64,000 nt of DNA from an uncultured Eubacteriales bacterium (GCA_900545885.1 URAF01000005.1:53659-117658); one strand, 5' to 3'; shown: positions 31,857 to 40,463, numbered from the stretch's first letter. A program made the numbers and translations. Notes: generated by a model from the sequence alone, not told the origin.

Positions 31857-32534
31857 ATGGGCAATTCCATTCTTAAAGCGGAAGGTATCCGCAAAATTTA
31901 CGTTTCCGATACGGTGCAGACGGAAGTGCTGAAAGGCGTCGACGTCAGCGTGGGCGAAGGGGAGTTCGTCGCCGTTGTCGGTGAATCCGGCTCGGGCAAA
32001 TCCACTTTGCTTTACATTCTTGCTGGCATTGACAAGCCGACGGACGGAAAAGTCGAACTTCTCGGCAAAAACCTCTCCGAAATTTCCGACGACGAAATGG
32101 CGGGGTTGCGTCGCCGTGACGTATCATTTGTCTATCAGTTCGACAATCTCGTTCCTCATCTCACGGCTTACGAAAACATAGTTTTGCCCCTTCTTCTCGA
32201 CAAGAAAAAAGAAAAGGATTTTGCGGCGGAAGTCCGCGAAGTCTGCGAATTTTTGGGGATTGCCGAAAGATTGCGCAATCTTCCGTCCCAACTGTCGGGC
32301 GGTGAACAACAGCGTGTCGCGCTTGCCCGCGCTCTCGTGACTTCGCCGAAACTCATTTTTCTCGACGAACCTACTGGCAGTCTGGACAGGGAAAGAGGTA
32401 CGCAGGTTATGGAACTGCTCAAAAAAATCAACACCGAAAAGGGTGTTGCGCTCCTTATGGTCACGCACTCTGCGGCGCACGCCGCTTACGCTTCGCGAAC
32501 CGTCGAAATCGAAGACGGGCGCATAAAAGACTGA
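31857..32534 (+). CDS. ABC transporter ATP-binding protein (MacB/LolD/YbbA type)
   Basis: 225 aa with Walker A GESGSGKST, signature LSGGEQQRV and Walker B LIFLDEPTGSLD. Confidence 0.9.
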   Translation: MGNSILKAEGIRKIYVSDTVQTEVLKGVDVSVGEGEFVAVVGESGSGKSTLLYILAGIDKPTDGKVELLGKNLSEISDDEMAGLRRRDVSFVYQFDNLVPHLTAYENIVLPLLLDKKKEKDFAAEVREVCEFLGIAERLRNLPSQLSGGEQQRVALARALVTSPKLIFLDEPTGSLDRERGTQVMELLKKINTEKGVALLMVTHSAAHAAYASRTVEIEDGRIKD

Positions 32535-32550
32535 TTTCCGAAACACGGGT

Positions 32551-34998
32551 ATGGTATTCTCCCTTGCGCTGAAAAACATAAAAGCAAAACCGCTCCGTAT
32601 GGTGGCGACGATTGCCGTCATCGCGCTTTCGGTTGCGATGTTTTTCTGTATGTTTGCGTTCGGGGACGCCGTGTACGATTATATTTACGCCGTCGAAACC
32701 GCGGACGCGGGAAACAGCGACCTTAAAATAGTGGGGAAGAGCAACGGCGACAGACTTGCTTTCGTCGACCCGCTTTACGACGTCGAAGGCATTGAAACGA
32801 TAGTACCGACGTTGTCGCTGTATGCACTCGTCAAGAGAGAGGGAGCGGCGGACGAGTATGTGCGTTTGCGCGGCTTTGACGCCGACCGCACGGAAGCGTT
32901 GCAAAAGTTCAACGTCAAAGAGGGCAATGCAAGCGACCTTGCCGCAAATTCCAGCAACGTTGTCATTTCCGAAAAAGCCGCGGAACATTTCGGACTAAAA
33001 GTCGGCGACGCCGTATCAATCGTCAGCCTTTATTCCGCTTCGCGCACCGTTTCTTTCCATATCGCCGCAATCGCGGAAAACGACGGATATTTCCTTTCCG
33101 ACTCACCGTTCACAATAATCGGTACCGTCGACGACGGTATTGCGCGTCTGCTTGTGCCGGGCGGAAATGCTCTTTACAACGAAATTTACGTCAAAGTCGC
33201 AGACGGCGCGGATATCGAACAGGTCAAAAAAGATATTGCCGCAATCGACGACTACAAAGACCTCAAAGTCGATTACAGCTCCGATACGGGATACGTTCAG
33301 ACGCAAGCCGACGGCATTGCCGCACCGATTACCATTTCGGGCATCGCGGTGGCGTTGCTGTGCGTAGTGAGCGTTGTTCTCATATTCGTGCTCGGGATTG
33401 CTGATAAACGCGCGTATGCCGCAAAACTTGCCGTAATCGGTGCGACGCGCAGGCAGCTGTTAGGAATTTTCCTTGTCGAAAGCGCGGTGTTGGCTTTTGC
33501 GGGCGCCGTTCTCGGCGCAATCCTTGCAAGCGGCGTTTTCGTGTTGCTTTTGCAAGTCGTTTTGTCGTCGGTCATTTCCTTCTCTGTCAACGGACTTTTG
33601 CTGTTCGGAGCAACCGTGCTCGGATTTGCCGTGGCGTTTGTCGCCGCGCTTTATCCTCTCTACAAAGTATTTTCTTCCACCGCTCGAGAAAATCTGCTTG
33701 CGGTTTCGAAGAAGAGCAGTGCGGGACTTGTCGTTGCGGCGATTGCAACCGCACTTACGGTTGCGTGTTTTGTTGCAGCGGAATTTGCACCTGCCGCGTC
33801 GGGTGCACTGTCCGTCGTTGCCTTGATTGCGCTTGTTGCGACGGTTGCGGCGTGGATACCGTATGTTGTGCGCGGGGCTGCAAAGCTTATGACAAAATCC
33901 TCGTCCCCGCAAGTCAAAGTCGCAGGTTACGCCGTGTGCCGCGAAAAACGCGCCACGCGTACGTCGCAGACTCTTGTCGTCGGCGTGCTCGTCGTAATGT
34001 TGCTATTTATGGCGTGGTCGCTCACGACTTCCATTTTCTCCGATTTTACCGCCGAATTCGAAAATATGATACTTGTGACCAACGTTCCGTCGTCCGTCGA
34101 AACCGAAGATTTCAAAAAGGTGGACGGAGTGGAGTCCGCAACGCTTATGGTTTGGCGGCAGGCGGAAATTCAAGGTGAGGGCATGGATTTGCATACCGTC
34201 AATATGCTTGGGTCGGCGGACGCTCTCGACCTTATAGATTTTGAGTACATTACGCCGCGCGACACGGTTGAAAAACGGCTTGCCGAGGGCGGTTATGTCA
34301 TTCTCGATTACTCGGTGTCCGACCTCTACGGGGTGAAAGAAGGCGACGAAGTGAGCCTTATCGTGGACGGCGAACAGAAAACGTACATCGTAGGCGGAAT
34401 AGTGCAGCACGCGTTCTTCGGCGGAAGGTACGTCATTATCTCGCGCGATACATTGGAACAGGATTTCGGAGTCGCCGCCGACACGGTCGTTCTCTCCGTA
34501 TCGGGCAACGTGAGCGAAGTCGCCGAAAACGTGCGCTCGGTATTTGCGGACAATAACTATTACGCCGTGCCAGCGATTGAAGCATACAAGTGGGATACGC
34601 AATCGCTTGACAACATTTTCGACCTTATCGGCACGCTTGCTTTCGTGCTCGCGTTGCTTGTTTACATTGTAGCGTTGTCGGGTGTCGTCGTCGGACGGTC
34701 GCATTCCGAACGCACGCGCGGAACTCTGCTTTGTGCGGGTATGTCGCAAAATATGCTGCTCGGCAGCGAAATATGGGAACACGCGATTGTCGCTCTTTGC
34801 GTATTTGCCGTTGCGCTTCCCGCGTCCGCGCTCGCAACTCTCGCGCTTATCGGCGCAATCAAACTTTTCGGGCTGTATTACGCATTCACCTATCAGGCGT
34901 GGGTGGTAGTCGTTGCGGGACTGGTTATGTCATTGCTTTACGTCGCAATTCCGCTTATGTACGGGTTCAAGCGTAAATACGGTATGAGGAGGTCGTAA
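32551..34998 (+). CDS. ABC transporter permease with two FtsX/MacB-type modules (YbbP-like)
   Basis: 815 aa. It has about 10 predicted TM segments and two large extracytoplasmic inserts, one after the first TM and one after the TM near residue 480. Confidence 0.8.
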   Translation: MVFSLALKNIKAKPLRMVATIAVIALSVAMFFCMFAFGDAVYDYIYAVETADAGNSDLKIVGKSNGDRLAFVDPLYDVEGIETIVPTLSLYALVKREGAADEYVRLRGFDADRTEALQKFNVKEGNASDLAANSSNVVISEKAAEHFGLKVGDAVSIVSLYSASRTVSFHIAAIAENDGYFLSDSPFTIIGTVDDGIARLLVPGGNALYNEIYVKVADGADIEQVKKDIAAIDDYKDLKVDYSSDTGYVQTQADGIAAPITISGIAVALLCVVSVVLIFVLGIADKRAYAAKLAVIGATRRQLLGIFLVESAVLAFAGAVLGAILASGVFVLLLQVVLSSVISFSVNGLLLFGATVLGFAVAFVAALYPLYKVFSSTARENLLAVSKKSSAGLVVAAIATALTVACFVAAEFAPAASGALSVVALIALVATVAAWIPYVVRGAAKLMTKSSSPQVKVAGYAVCREKRATRTSQTLVVGVLVVMLLFMAWSLTTSIFSDFTAEFENMILVTNVPSSVETEDFKKVDGVESATLMVWRQAEIQGEGMDLHTVNMLGSADALDLIDFEYITPRDTVEKRLAEGGYVILDYSVSDLYGVKEGDEVSLIVDGEQKTYIVGGIVQHAFFGGRYVIISRDTLEQDFGVAADTVVLSVSGNVSEVAENVRSVFADNNYYAVPAIEAYKWDTQSLDNIFDLIGTLAFVLALLVYIVALSGVVVGRSHSERTRGTLLCAGMSQNMLLGSEIWEHAIVALCVFAVALPASALATLALIGAIKLFGLYYAFTYQAWVVVVAGLVMSLLYVAIPLMYGFKRKYGMRRS

Positions 34999-36800
34999 TG
35001 GCAGGTTACGGATTTGACCGCTCGGGATATAAAGAAAACCGTGGAAATCGCACGGGGCGTTCCGTACGGTTTTGCGTGGTTGCGTTGTTTGTCGCTCTGG
35101 TGGTCCTGTGTGCGGCGGTGCTTACTGCCTGCAACGACAACAGAGATACGACCGACTACCGCCGCAGAGCCACGGACGGTGTGACGTCCAACCTCGTCGC
35201 CGCGATAAACGAGAACTGGTCTTACGCAATGAAAGACGAGGATATCCTGAAAATGGACAATCCCGGCACTTACGTCGTCGCTTGTATCTGGGCGGAAAGA
35301 GCGGGTAGCTTTTTGTATTCTTCCGATATTCAGACCGCAAAGATTCAGTCGCTTGCCGATTTTCTCGCAACCGACGAAGGGAAAAACGTGGTGCGCGAAA
35401 CCGCGGACAATCTCGACGGTATAATAACTATGATGAACACGGTCGGATTTACTTCGGGCGACGTTCAGGAAACCGTGTTTGACGGGGCGATTTTCGTTGT
35501 GAGTCAAGCGCAGAACATTTACGAAACCGCAAAAGACAAACTCGATTATTTGCTTGCACGCGCTACGGGAGCGGCAAGAACAAACATAGAAAAAGCCTTG
35601 CAGAACACGGAAAACGTACTTGCGGTTTACCGTGAAAATCCCGATTTCGTGTCGGATACCGTTGCCGCACTGAAAGAGGCGGAAACGGGCATAAAGGCGC
35701 TTGCCGATTTCAGTTACCGTACGGCGTGGATTTTCGGCGGCGGTGAAAACGGCGACAATCTGGGCGGATTGCTCGGCGCATTCCAGTCGGGTGCGTTGGC
35801 CAACATTTCCGACAGAGAGCTTTTCGTGTATCTTGACGGTGTGGTGGGCGATATTCGCGACCTGCGCGCCGCGCTTACCGACCAAGAGATTTCCGCATTG
35901 TCGAGCGCGTTGCAGGCAGTCGAAAATATGTTGTCCACGGCGGTGCTGCCCACCGAACTTTTCGAAAACGTGACGGCAAGTTCGGGAACCACCAGAATGG
36001 ACAATCTCCTCAAACAGATTTCAAATATGCAGTTTGCGGTCGACTGGTTGCAGGACGGAACGGATTTCCTTCTCGCTGCCTGCGACTTGATTTACGAGAA
36101 AGACTCCGACGGGCAGTATACTTATCGGTTTGTCAACAGAGTGAAACAGGCAGTCGCTGACAAAGAAGACAAGTACACGAGTGTGAACGGGTATATTCTT
36201 TTTACGGAAATGCTCGTGAAAGCAATGGAGAGCACCCCGTGTGCCGATTTGCAGAACGCCGTCGGCAGATACGAAGCGGAAACCGACCTCGGCAAACTTG
36301 CGGTTATGTTCGGTGTAGAGGGTGCATTGCAATTTACAGAACAGGTGCAATCAGATGATGAACAAGTTGAATCGAATAAAAATATAGAATTTTATTCGTT
36401 GTACCTTAATTTGCAATCATTCAAAGCCATATATAGGACTTATAAGGCAACTGGCATAAGCATGGAAAAAGTTATCTCTGCGGCGAACTTAATTCTTCAA
36501 AAGATAGGAGAGGTAACACAGATAACATTCGTGGATGATGCGAAATATGAGAATATTGTTAGCACGGTTTATAATTATTTAACAGCAGAAGCGGAAGCAC
36601 GAAAGCATGCAGTTGTAGATAGTTTGAAGCATAGATTGGAAAAAGCATACGAAGAGTTAAATAATCTCAAAGAAATTGCATCTTTTGAAATTATAGGTGA
36701 TCAAACATCAGAGGAAACAATCAGCGAAATTAAGAATAAGTCGCAAGACTTTTTCCAGAAACTTGATAATTTCTGGGCTATTGTAAGAGGCCAAAAGTGA
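34998..36800 (+). CDS. putative lipoprotein of unknown function, helical
   Basis: 600 aa. ATG 34998 overlaps the permease TAA, and SD GAGGAGG lies 5 nt upstream. The signal peptide has a lipobox, VLTAC. No family recognised. Confidence 0.75.
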   Translation: MAGYGFDRSGYKENRGNRTGRSVRFCVVALFVALVVLCAAVLTACNDNRDTTDYRRRATDGVTSNLVAAINENWSYAMKDEDILKMDNPGTYVVACIWAERAGSFLYSSDIQTAKIQSLADFLATDEGKNVVRETADNLDGIITMMNTVGFTSGDVQETVFDGAIFVVSQAQNIYETAKDKLDYLLARATGAARTNIEKALQNTENVLAVYRENPDFVSDTVAALKEAETGIKALADFSYRTAWIFGGGENGDNLGGLLGAFQSGALANISDRELFVYLDGVVGDIRDLRAALTDQEISALSSALQAVENMLSTAVLPTELFENVTASSGTTRMDNLLKQISNMQFAVDWLQDGTDFLLAACDLIYEKDSDGQYTYRFVNRVKQAVADKEDKYTSVNGYILFTEMLVKAMESTPCADLQNAVGRYEAETDLGKLAVMFGVEGALQFTEQVQSDDEQVESNKNIEFYSLYLNLQSFKAIYRTYKATGISMEKVISAANLILQKIGEVTQITFVDDAKYENIVSTVYNYLTAEAEARKHAVVDSLKHRLEKAYEELNNLKEIASFEIIGDQTSEETISEIKNKSQDFFQKLDNFWAIVRGQK

Positions 36801-36819
36801 CGACATCTTTTCGTCACAG

Positions 36820-36848
36820 TTGACAAATGCGGCGGAGCGGTATATCAT
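36820..36848 (+). promoter_or_regulatory. sigma-70-type promoter of the ACT-like/ABC importer operon
   Basis: TTGACA (36820-36825), 17 nt spacer, TATCAT (36843-36848). Confidence 0.65.
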
Positions 36849-36935
36849 AATCACACAACGGCAATCCCAAACGATGACGTAGTTCGGAGTGTAAGACGGC
36901 GGCAATAGAAAGAAGTTTACCCGAAAGGGATTTTT

Positions 36936-36967
36936 CGCCATCGTCTTTACGGTGGCGTTTTTGTTTG
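36936..36967 (+). terminator. leader (attenuator-type) intrinsic terminator
   Basis: CGCCATCGT (36936-36944), loop CTTT, ACGGTGGCG (36949-36957; one G-U pair), then TTTTTGTTTG. It lies between the promoter and the first gene. Confidence 0.6.
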
Positions 36968-37030
36968 TCGTGGGCATGCAGACCGCGACAGCGGGAAAGA
37001 ATTAAATAAACGACGGAAAAAGAGGCAGTT

Positions 37031-37279
37031 ATGAAAAGGATAGGTGTAGTCGGAATAGTTCTCAAAGGCGACAGAGCGGTTGCCGTGGAAATGCAGAAAG
37101 TGTTGTCGGATTTTGCAGACATAATCGTGGGACGAATGGGAGTGCCGCGAGAAGAAGCAAACGCAATCGCGCTTATCGTCGAGGGTTCGCAGGAAAGAGT
37201 TTCGGCACTTACGGGCAGACTCGGCAAATTTCCGGAGCTTTCCGTCAAATCCGCAATGACGTCTTTTGAAATTGAATAA
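37031..37279 (+). CDS. TM1266-family ACT-like small protein ('iron-only hydrogenase system regulator' family)
   Basis: 82 aa with SD AGAGG. The patterns IIVGRMGVP and VSALTGRLGK match my memory of TIGR03959-type proteins. Confidence 0.6.
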   Translation: MKRIGVVGIVLKGDRAVAVEMQKVLSDFADIIVGRMGVPREEANAIALIVEGSQERVSALTGRLGKFPELSVKSAMTSFEIE

Positions 37280-37330
37280 TACGCAAATAAATATGTTTAA
37301 GTGCCTGAAACGACACATAAAGAGGTGAAT

Positions 37331-38335
37331 ATGAAAACAAACATCAAAAAAATCGCGGCACTCGCGCTTGTTGCCTTGCTGGTTGTAGTGCTTTCCGTAG
37401 GTCTTGCGGCATGCAACGACAATAAAGGAAACGGCGAAACCAAAAGCGTAGAAGTTGTATATTACGCCGACGGTGCGGCAGTGCAGGCGGCACTTGCCGC
37501 AGGCGTTATAGATTACGGCGTGGTCGGCGAACCCGCGGCAACCGCGGGCGCAAATAAAGGCTTTACCGTCGTTATGGACATTCAGGCGGAGTTCAACAAA
37601 GCGACGGGCGGTACAAGCGGTTTCCCCATGTCTTCGACTTTCGTCAAAAACAGTCTTGCGGCGAACAAGGATTTTGTCGACGCATATCTTGCCGCGCTCA
37701 ACGACAATCTTGCATATATTCAGGAGAACGCCGCAAACATGACGGCCTTGCTCAAAGCCGCGGGCAGCAATTCGGCATATCCTGCACCCAGCATTCCCAA
37801 GTGCAACGTCGGAGTATACTCGGGCGATGACGTAAAGACCGCGGTTGCAGATATGATGAAAACCCTGCACGGTACGCAGTCTGTCCCCGACAGCGTGTAT
37901 TATGACGAAACTGCCGCAACCGCACAGGGTGAGGGCAGCGGAACTATTAAGATATACGTCCCCGACGGAGCGCCTTTGCTTGCCGTGGCAAATCTTGCGA
38001 CAAAGAACGTGGCGACTGTAAACGGTTATTCCGTTGAAGTAATTGTTGCCGCGGCAAACGAAATAAGCACTGCAATGGCAAGCGGCAAAGCGGATATAGC
38101 GATTCTGCCCGCCAACGCAGGCGTAAACCTCATCGCAAACAAAGGTGCGGCCTACAAATTCCTTTGCTCCAACACGCAGGGAATACTCTATATGCTTGCG
38201 AAAACCGAAAATGCGAACGGCACGATTGTGCCTGCCGACCTTGCGGGCAAGAAAGTCGGTTGCATAGGTTCGGGCGCCGTTCCGCAGTACGCCGTCGAAA
38301 AGGTGCTGACTGCGGCAGGACTGAAACTCGCATAA
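37331..38335 (+). CDS. ABC substrate-binding lipoprotein, SsuA/NMT1 (NitT/TauT) fold, apparently circularly permuted
   Basis: 334 aa from ATG 37331, with SD AAAGAGGTG and lipobox GLAAC. See the finding for the segment-order argument. Confidence 0.75.
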   Translation: MKTNIKKIAALALVALLVVVLSVGLAACNDNKGNGETKSVEVVYYADGAAVQAALAAGVIDYGVVGEPAATAGANKGFTVVMDIQAEFNKATGGTSGFPMSSTFVKNSLAANKDFVDAYLAALNDNLAYIQENAANMTALLKAAGSNSAYPAPSIPKCNVGVYSGDDVKTAVADMMKTLHGTQSVPDSVYYDETAATAQGEGSGTIKIYVPDGAPLLAVANLATKNVATVNGYSVEVIVAAANEISTAMASGKADIAILPANAGVNLIANKGAAYKFLCSNTQGILYMLAKTENANGTIVPADLAGKKVGCIGSGAVPQYAVEKVLTAAGLKLA

Positions 38336-38386
38336 TAACCTAAACTAACAAAATAACGGTAAAACAACAAACGACAATAAATCGGT

Positions 38387-39178
38387 ATGCTGAAAACGGC
38401 AAGTGTAAAAACTCCGCGCAAAGCGGCAATAGGCAGATTGCTCGGCAACGTCTTTTATCCCGTGTGCGCTTTTGCGTTCGTAATCGCGGTGTGGGCGATT
38501 GTTGCGGCTGTCAAAAATCTGCCAATACTGTTCCCGTCCGTGGGAGAGATATTCCGCGCGCTCGGCGACATTCTGTCCGACGGCGAAAGCTGGCGGGCGG
38601 CGGGTATGACGCTTGGCAGAATAACGGGCAGTTTTCTGTTGTCGTTGCTTTTTGCCGCGGTACTTGCCACGGCGGGCGCTTTTGTAAAACCCGTTCACAA
38701 GTTCGTGCGCCCGCTTGTGACCGTTTTGCAAGCCGCGCCTACAATGGCGGTAATTCTGCTTGCTGTTGTGTGGCTCGACAACTCCGAAGTGCCGTTGCTT
38801 GTCGGATTTTTAATCTGTTTTCCTCTGCTGTACAACACGTGCCACACCGCGCTCGAAAGCGTGGACGGCGAACTGTTGGAAATGGCAGACGTCTATCATA
38901 TGCGACCGGTTGACAAGCTGACGGGCATATACCTTCCCGCCGTTTTCCCCGTTGTGACGGAAGGCGCGAAAAGTGCGGTTTCGCTTACGGTCAAAGTCGT
39001 CATTGCGGCGGAGGTTCTTGCACAGACTCGCGTGAGTATCGGACTGCTTATGCAACAGGACAGCGTTATGTTCGAGATTGCCGATCTGCTTGCGTGGACG
39101 GTGTTCGCGATAGTATTGAGTTTCCTGTTGGAAGGCATTATAGTCGGCGTTCAGAAGCTCAGGGAGGTGCTGAGATGA
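38387..39178 (+). CDS. ABC transporter permease (NitT/TauT family)
   Basis: 263 aa with about 6 TM segments and a binding-protein-dependent transport inner-membrane layout. Confidence 0.8.
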   Translation: MLKTASVKTPRKAAIGRLLGNVFYPVCAFAFVIAVWAIVAAVKNLPILFPSVGEIFRALGDILSDGESWRAAGMTLGRITGSFLLSLLFAAVLATAGAFVKPVHKFVRPLVTVLQAAPTMAVILLAVVWLDNSEVPLLVGFLICFPLLYNTCHTALESVDGELLEMADVYHMRPVDKLTGIYLPAVFPVVTEGAKSAVSLTVKVVIAAEVLAQTRVSIGLLMQQDSVMFEIADLLAWTVFAIVLSFLLEGIIVGVQKLREVLR

Positions 39179-39912
39179 GCGGACTTCGGATTGACAATCT
39201 CAAAGTTGCCTACGGTGAAAACCGCGTTTTCGACGGGTTCGGCATATCCTTCGAACAGAACACCGTAAACGTAATTCTGGGCGGTTCGGGCGTCGGTAAA
39301 ACGACACTGCTCAACGTGATTGCGGGGCTTGTGCCGTATAGCGGGAGCGTGTCGGGTGCGGACGACAACATTTCTTATATTTTTCAGAAAGACAGGTTAA
39401 TCCCTGCAATAAGCGTGTATAAAAACCTTGATTTGGTGTTGCGCAACAAAATCAAGGACAAGAACGAGCGCAAAGAAAAGATAGAAAACATGCTTGCCGA
39501 ACTGGAAATTCTGTCGGAGCGCGACAAACTTCCGACCGCCCTCAGCGGCGGACAGGCGCAACGCGTTTCCATGGCGCGGGCATTTCTTTATCCGTCCGAT
39601 ATTCTGCTTATGGACGAACCGTTCAAGGCGTTGGATATCGGATTAAAAAGCAGGTTGTTTTCCGCCTTTGACAAGTTGCTTGCGGAGTCGCCCAAAACCG
39701 TGGTGTTCGTCACACACGACGTAGAGGAGTGCCTTTTTGCCGCGGACAGATATTTTGTTCTCGGCGGGTCTCCCGCGGACGTTGTGCTTTCGGGGGAGAT
39801 TGCCGTCGGCAGAAAACAAAGAAAAGCCGATATGCCCGAACTTGTGTCGGCGCGCGCGCGTCTTTTCGGCGTTCTCGGCGCTTACGGTTCGGACGGCGGC
39901 GCGGAAAACTGA
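39175..39912 (+). CDS. ABC transporter ATP-binding protein (NitT/TauT family)
   Basis: 245 aa from ATG 39175, with an ATGA overlap with the permease. Walker A GGSGVGKTT, signature LSGGQAQRV, Walker B ILLMDEPF. Confidence 0.9.
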   Translation: MSGLRIDNLKVAYGENRVFDGFGISFEQNTVNVILGGSGVGKTTLLNVIAGLVPYSGSVSGADDNISYIFQKDRLIPAISVYKNLDLVLRNKIKDKNERKEKIENMLAELEILSERDKLPTALSGGQAQRVSMARAFLYPSDILLMDEPFKALDIGLKSRLFSAFDKLLAESPKTVVFVTHDVEECLFAADRYFVLGGSPADVVLSGEIAVGRKQRKADMPELVSARARLFGVLGAYGSDGGAEN

Positions 39913-40022
39913 TTGCCGCGGTTTTTGTTTTGTGTGTGATTGGCGGGGTTCGGCGTGTGTTTTGAGTTGCGCATTCGGGCTCTGCCTTTTGCGTACTTTC
40001 TGTGTTTAGTGGGCGCATTTGC

Positions 40023-40051
40023 TTGACAGTCCGCTTGCGTATGGATATAAT
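40023..40051 (+). promoter_or_regulatory. sigma-70-type promoter of rpmE
   Basis: TTGACA (40023-40028), 17 nt spacer, TATAAT (40046-40051). Confidence 0.75.
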
Positions 40052-40129
40052 AAAGAAACTTTATGTCATATGCGCGTAGCTCCTTTGGCGCGTGTGGGCG
40101 TAAAAATCAGTAAAAAACAGGAGTAAACT

Positions 40130-40336
40130 ATGAAAGAAGGCATCCATCCGGATTACCACACCGTCACCGTGCAATGCGCGTGCGGAAATACGTTCCTTAC
40201 GGGCACGACCAAGAAGACCGACGTCCTCAAAGTCGAAATCTGCTCCAAGTGCCATCCGTATTTCACCGGCAAGCAGAAACTCGTTGACACCGGCGGTCGT
40301 GTCGACAAGTTCAAGAAGAGATACAATCTCGACTGA
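40130..40336 (+). CDS. rpmE: 50S ribosomal protein L31 (Zn-ribbon type)
   Basis: 68 aa: [10 protein letters not shown]...CACG...[13 protein letters not shown]. Confidence 0.97.
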   Translation: MKEGIHPDYHTVTVQCACGNTFLTGTTKKTDVLKVEICSKCHPYFTGKQKLVDTGGRVDKFKKRYNLD

Positions 40337-40348
40337 CAACGATGAAAG

Positions 40349-40378
40349 ATGCAGACTGCACCGCAGTCTGCATTTTCG
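40349..40378 (+). terminator. intrinsic terminator
   Basis: Stem ATGCAGACTGC / GCAGTCTGCAT, followed by TTTT. Confidence 0.85.
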
Positions 40379-40463
40379 TATGCGCGCGCGAGGGCGCACC
40401 GCGTAAACACGCGAGGGCGCGGAGCGCGATTCGGCAAAAAACCAAGTTACAGCATTTATTTTT

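Noticed and set aside
36850-37030. Assignment of the ABC-operon leader to the TPP, guanidine-I (ykkC) or mini-ykkC riboswitch classes.
   Set aside because: There is no CUGAGA / ACCUGAUCUGGAUAAUGCCAGCG-type TPP core, no GGUCCGAGAG ykkC block and no paired ACGR loops. Only a vague ACGGCGG...CCCGAAAGGGA resemblance exists, so the class is left open.
39925-40020. G+T-rich intergenic patches with GTGTGTG and TGCG(C/T) words. They occur at 39925-40020, 47941-48030 and 7251-7330, each near a promoter.
   Set aside because: They are too degenerate to align convincingly with each other by eye. This may just be local composition, so they are not reported as a repeat family.
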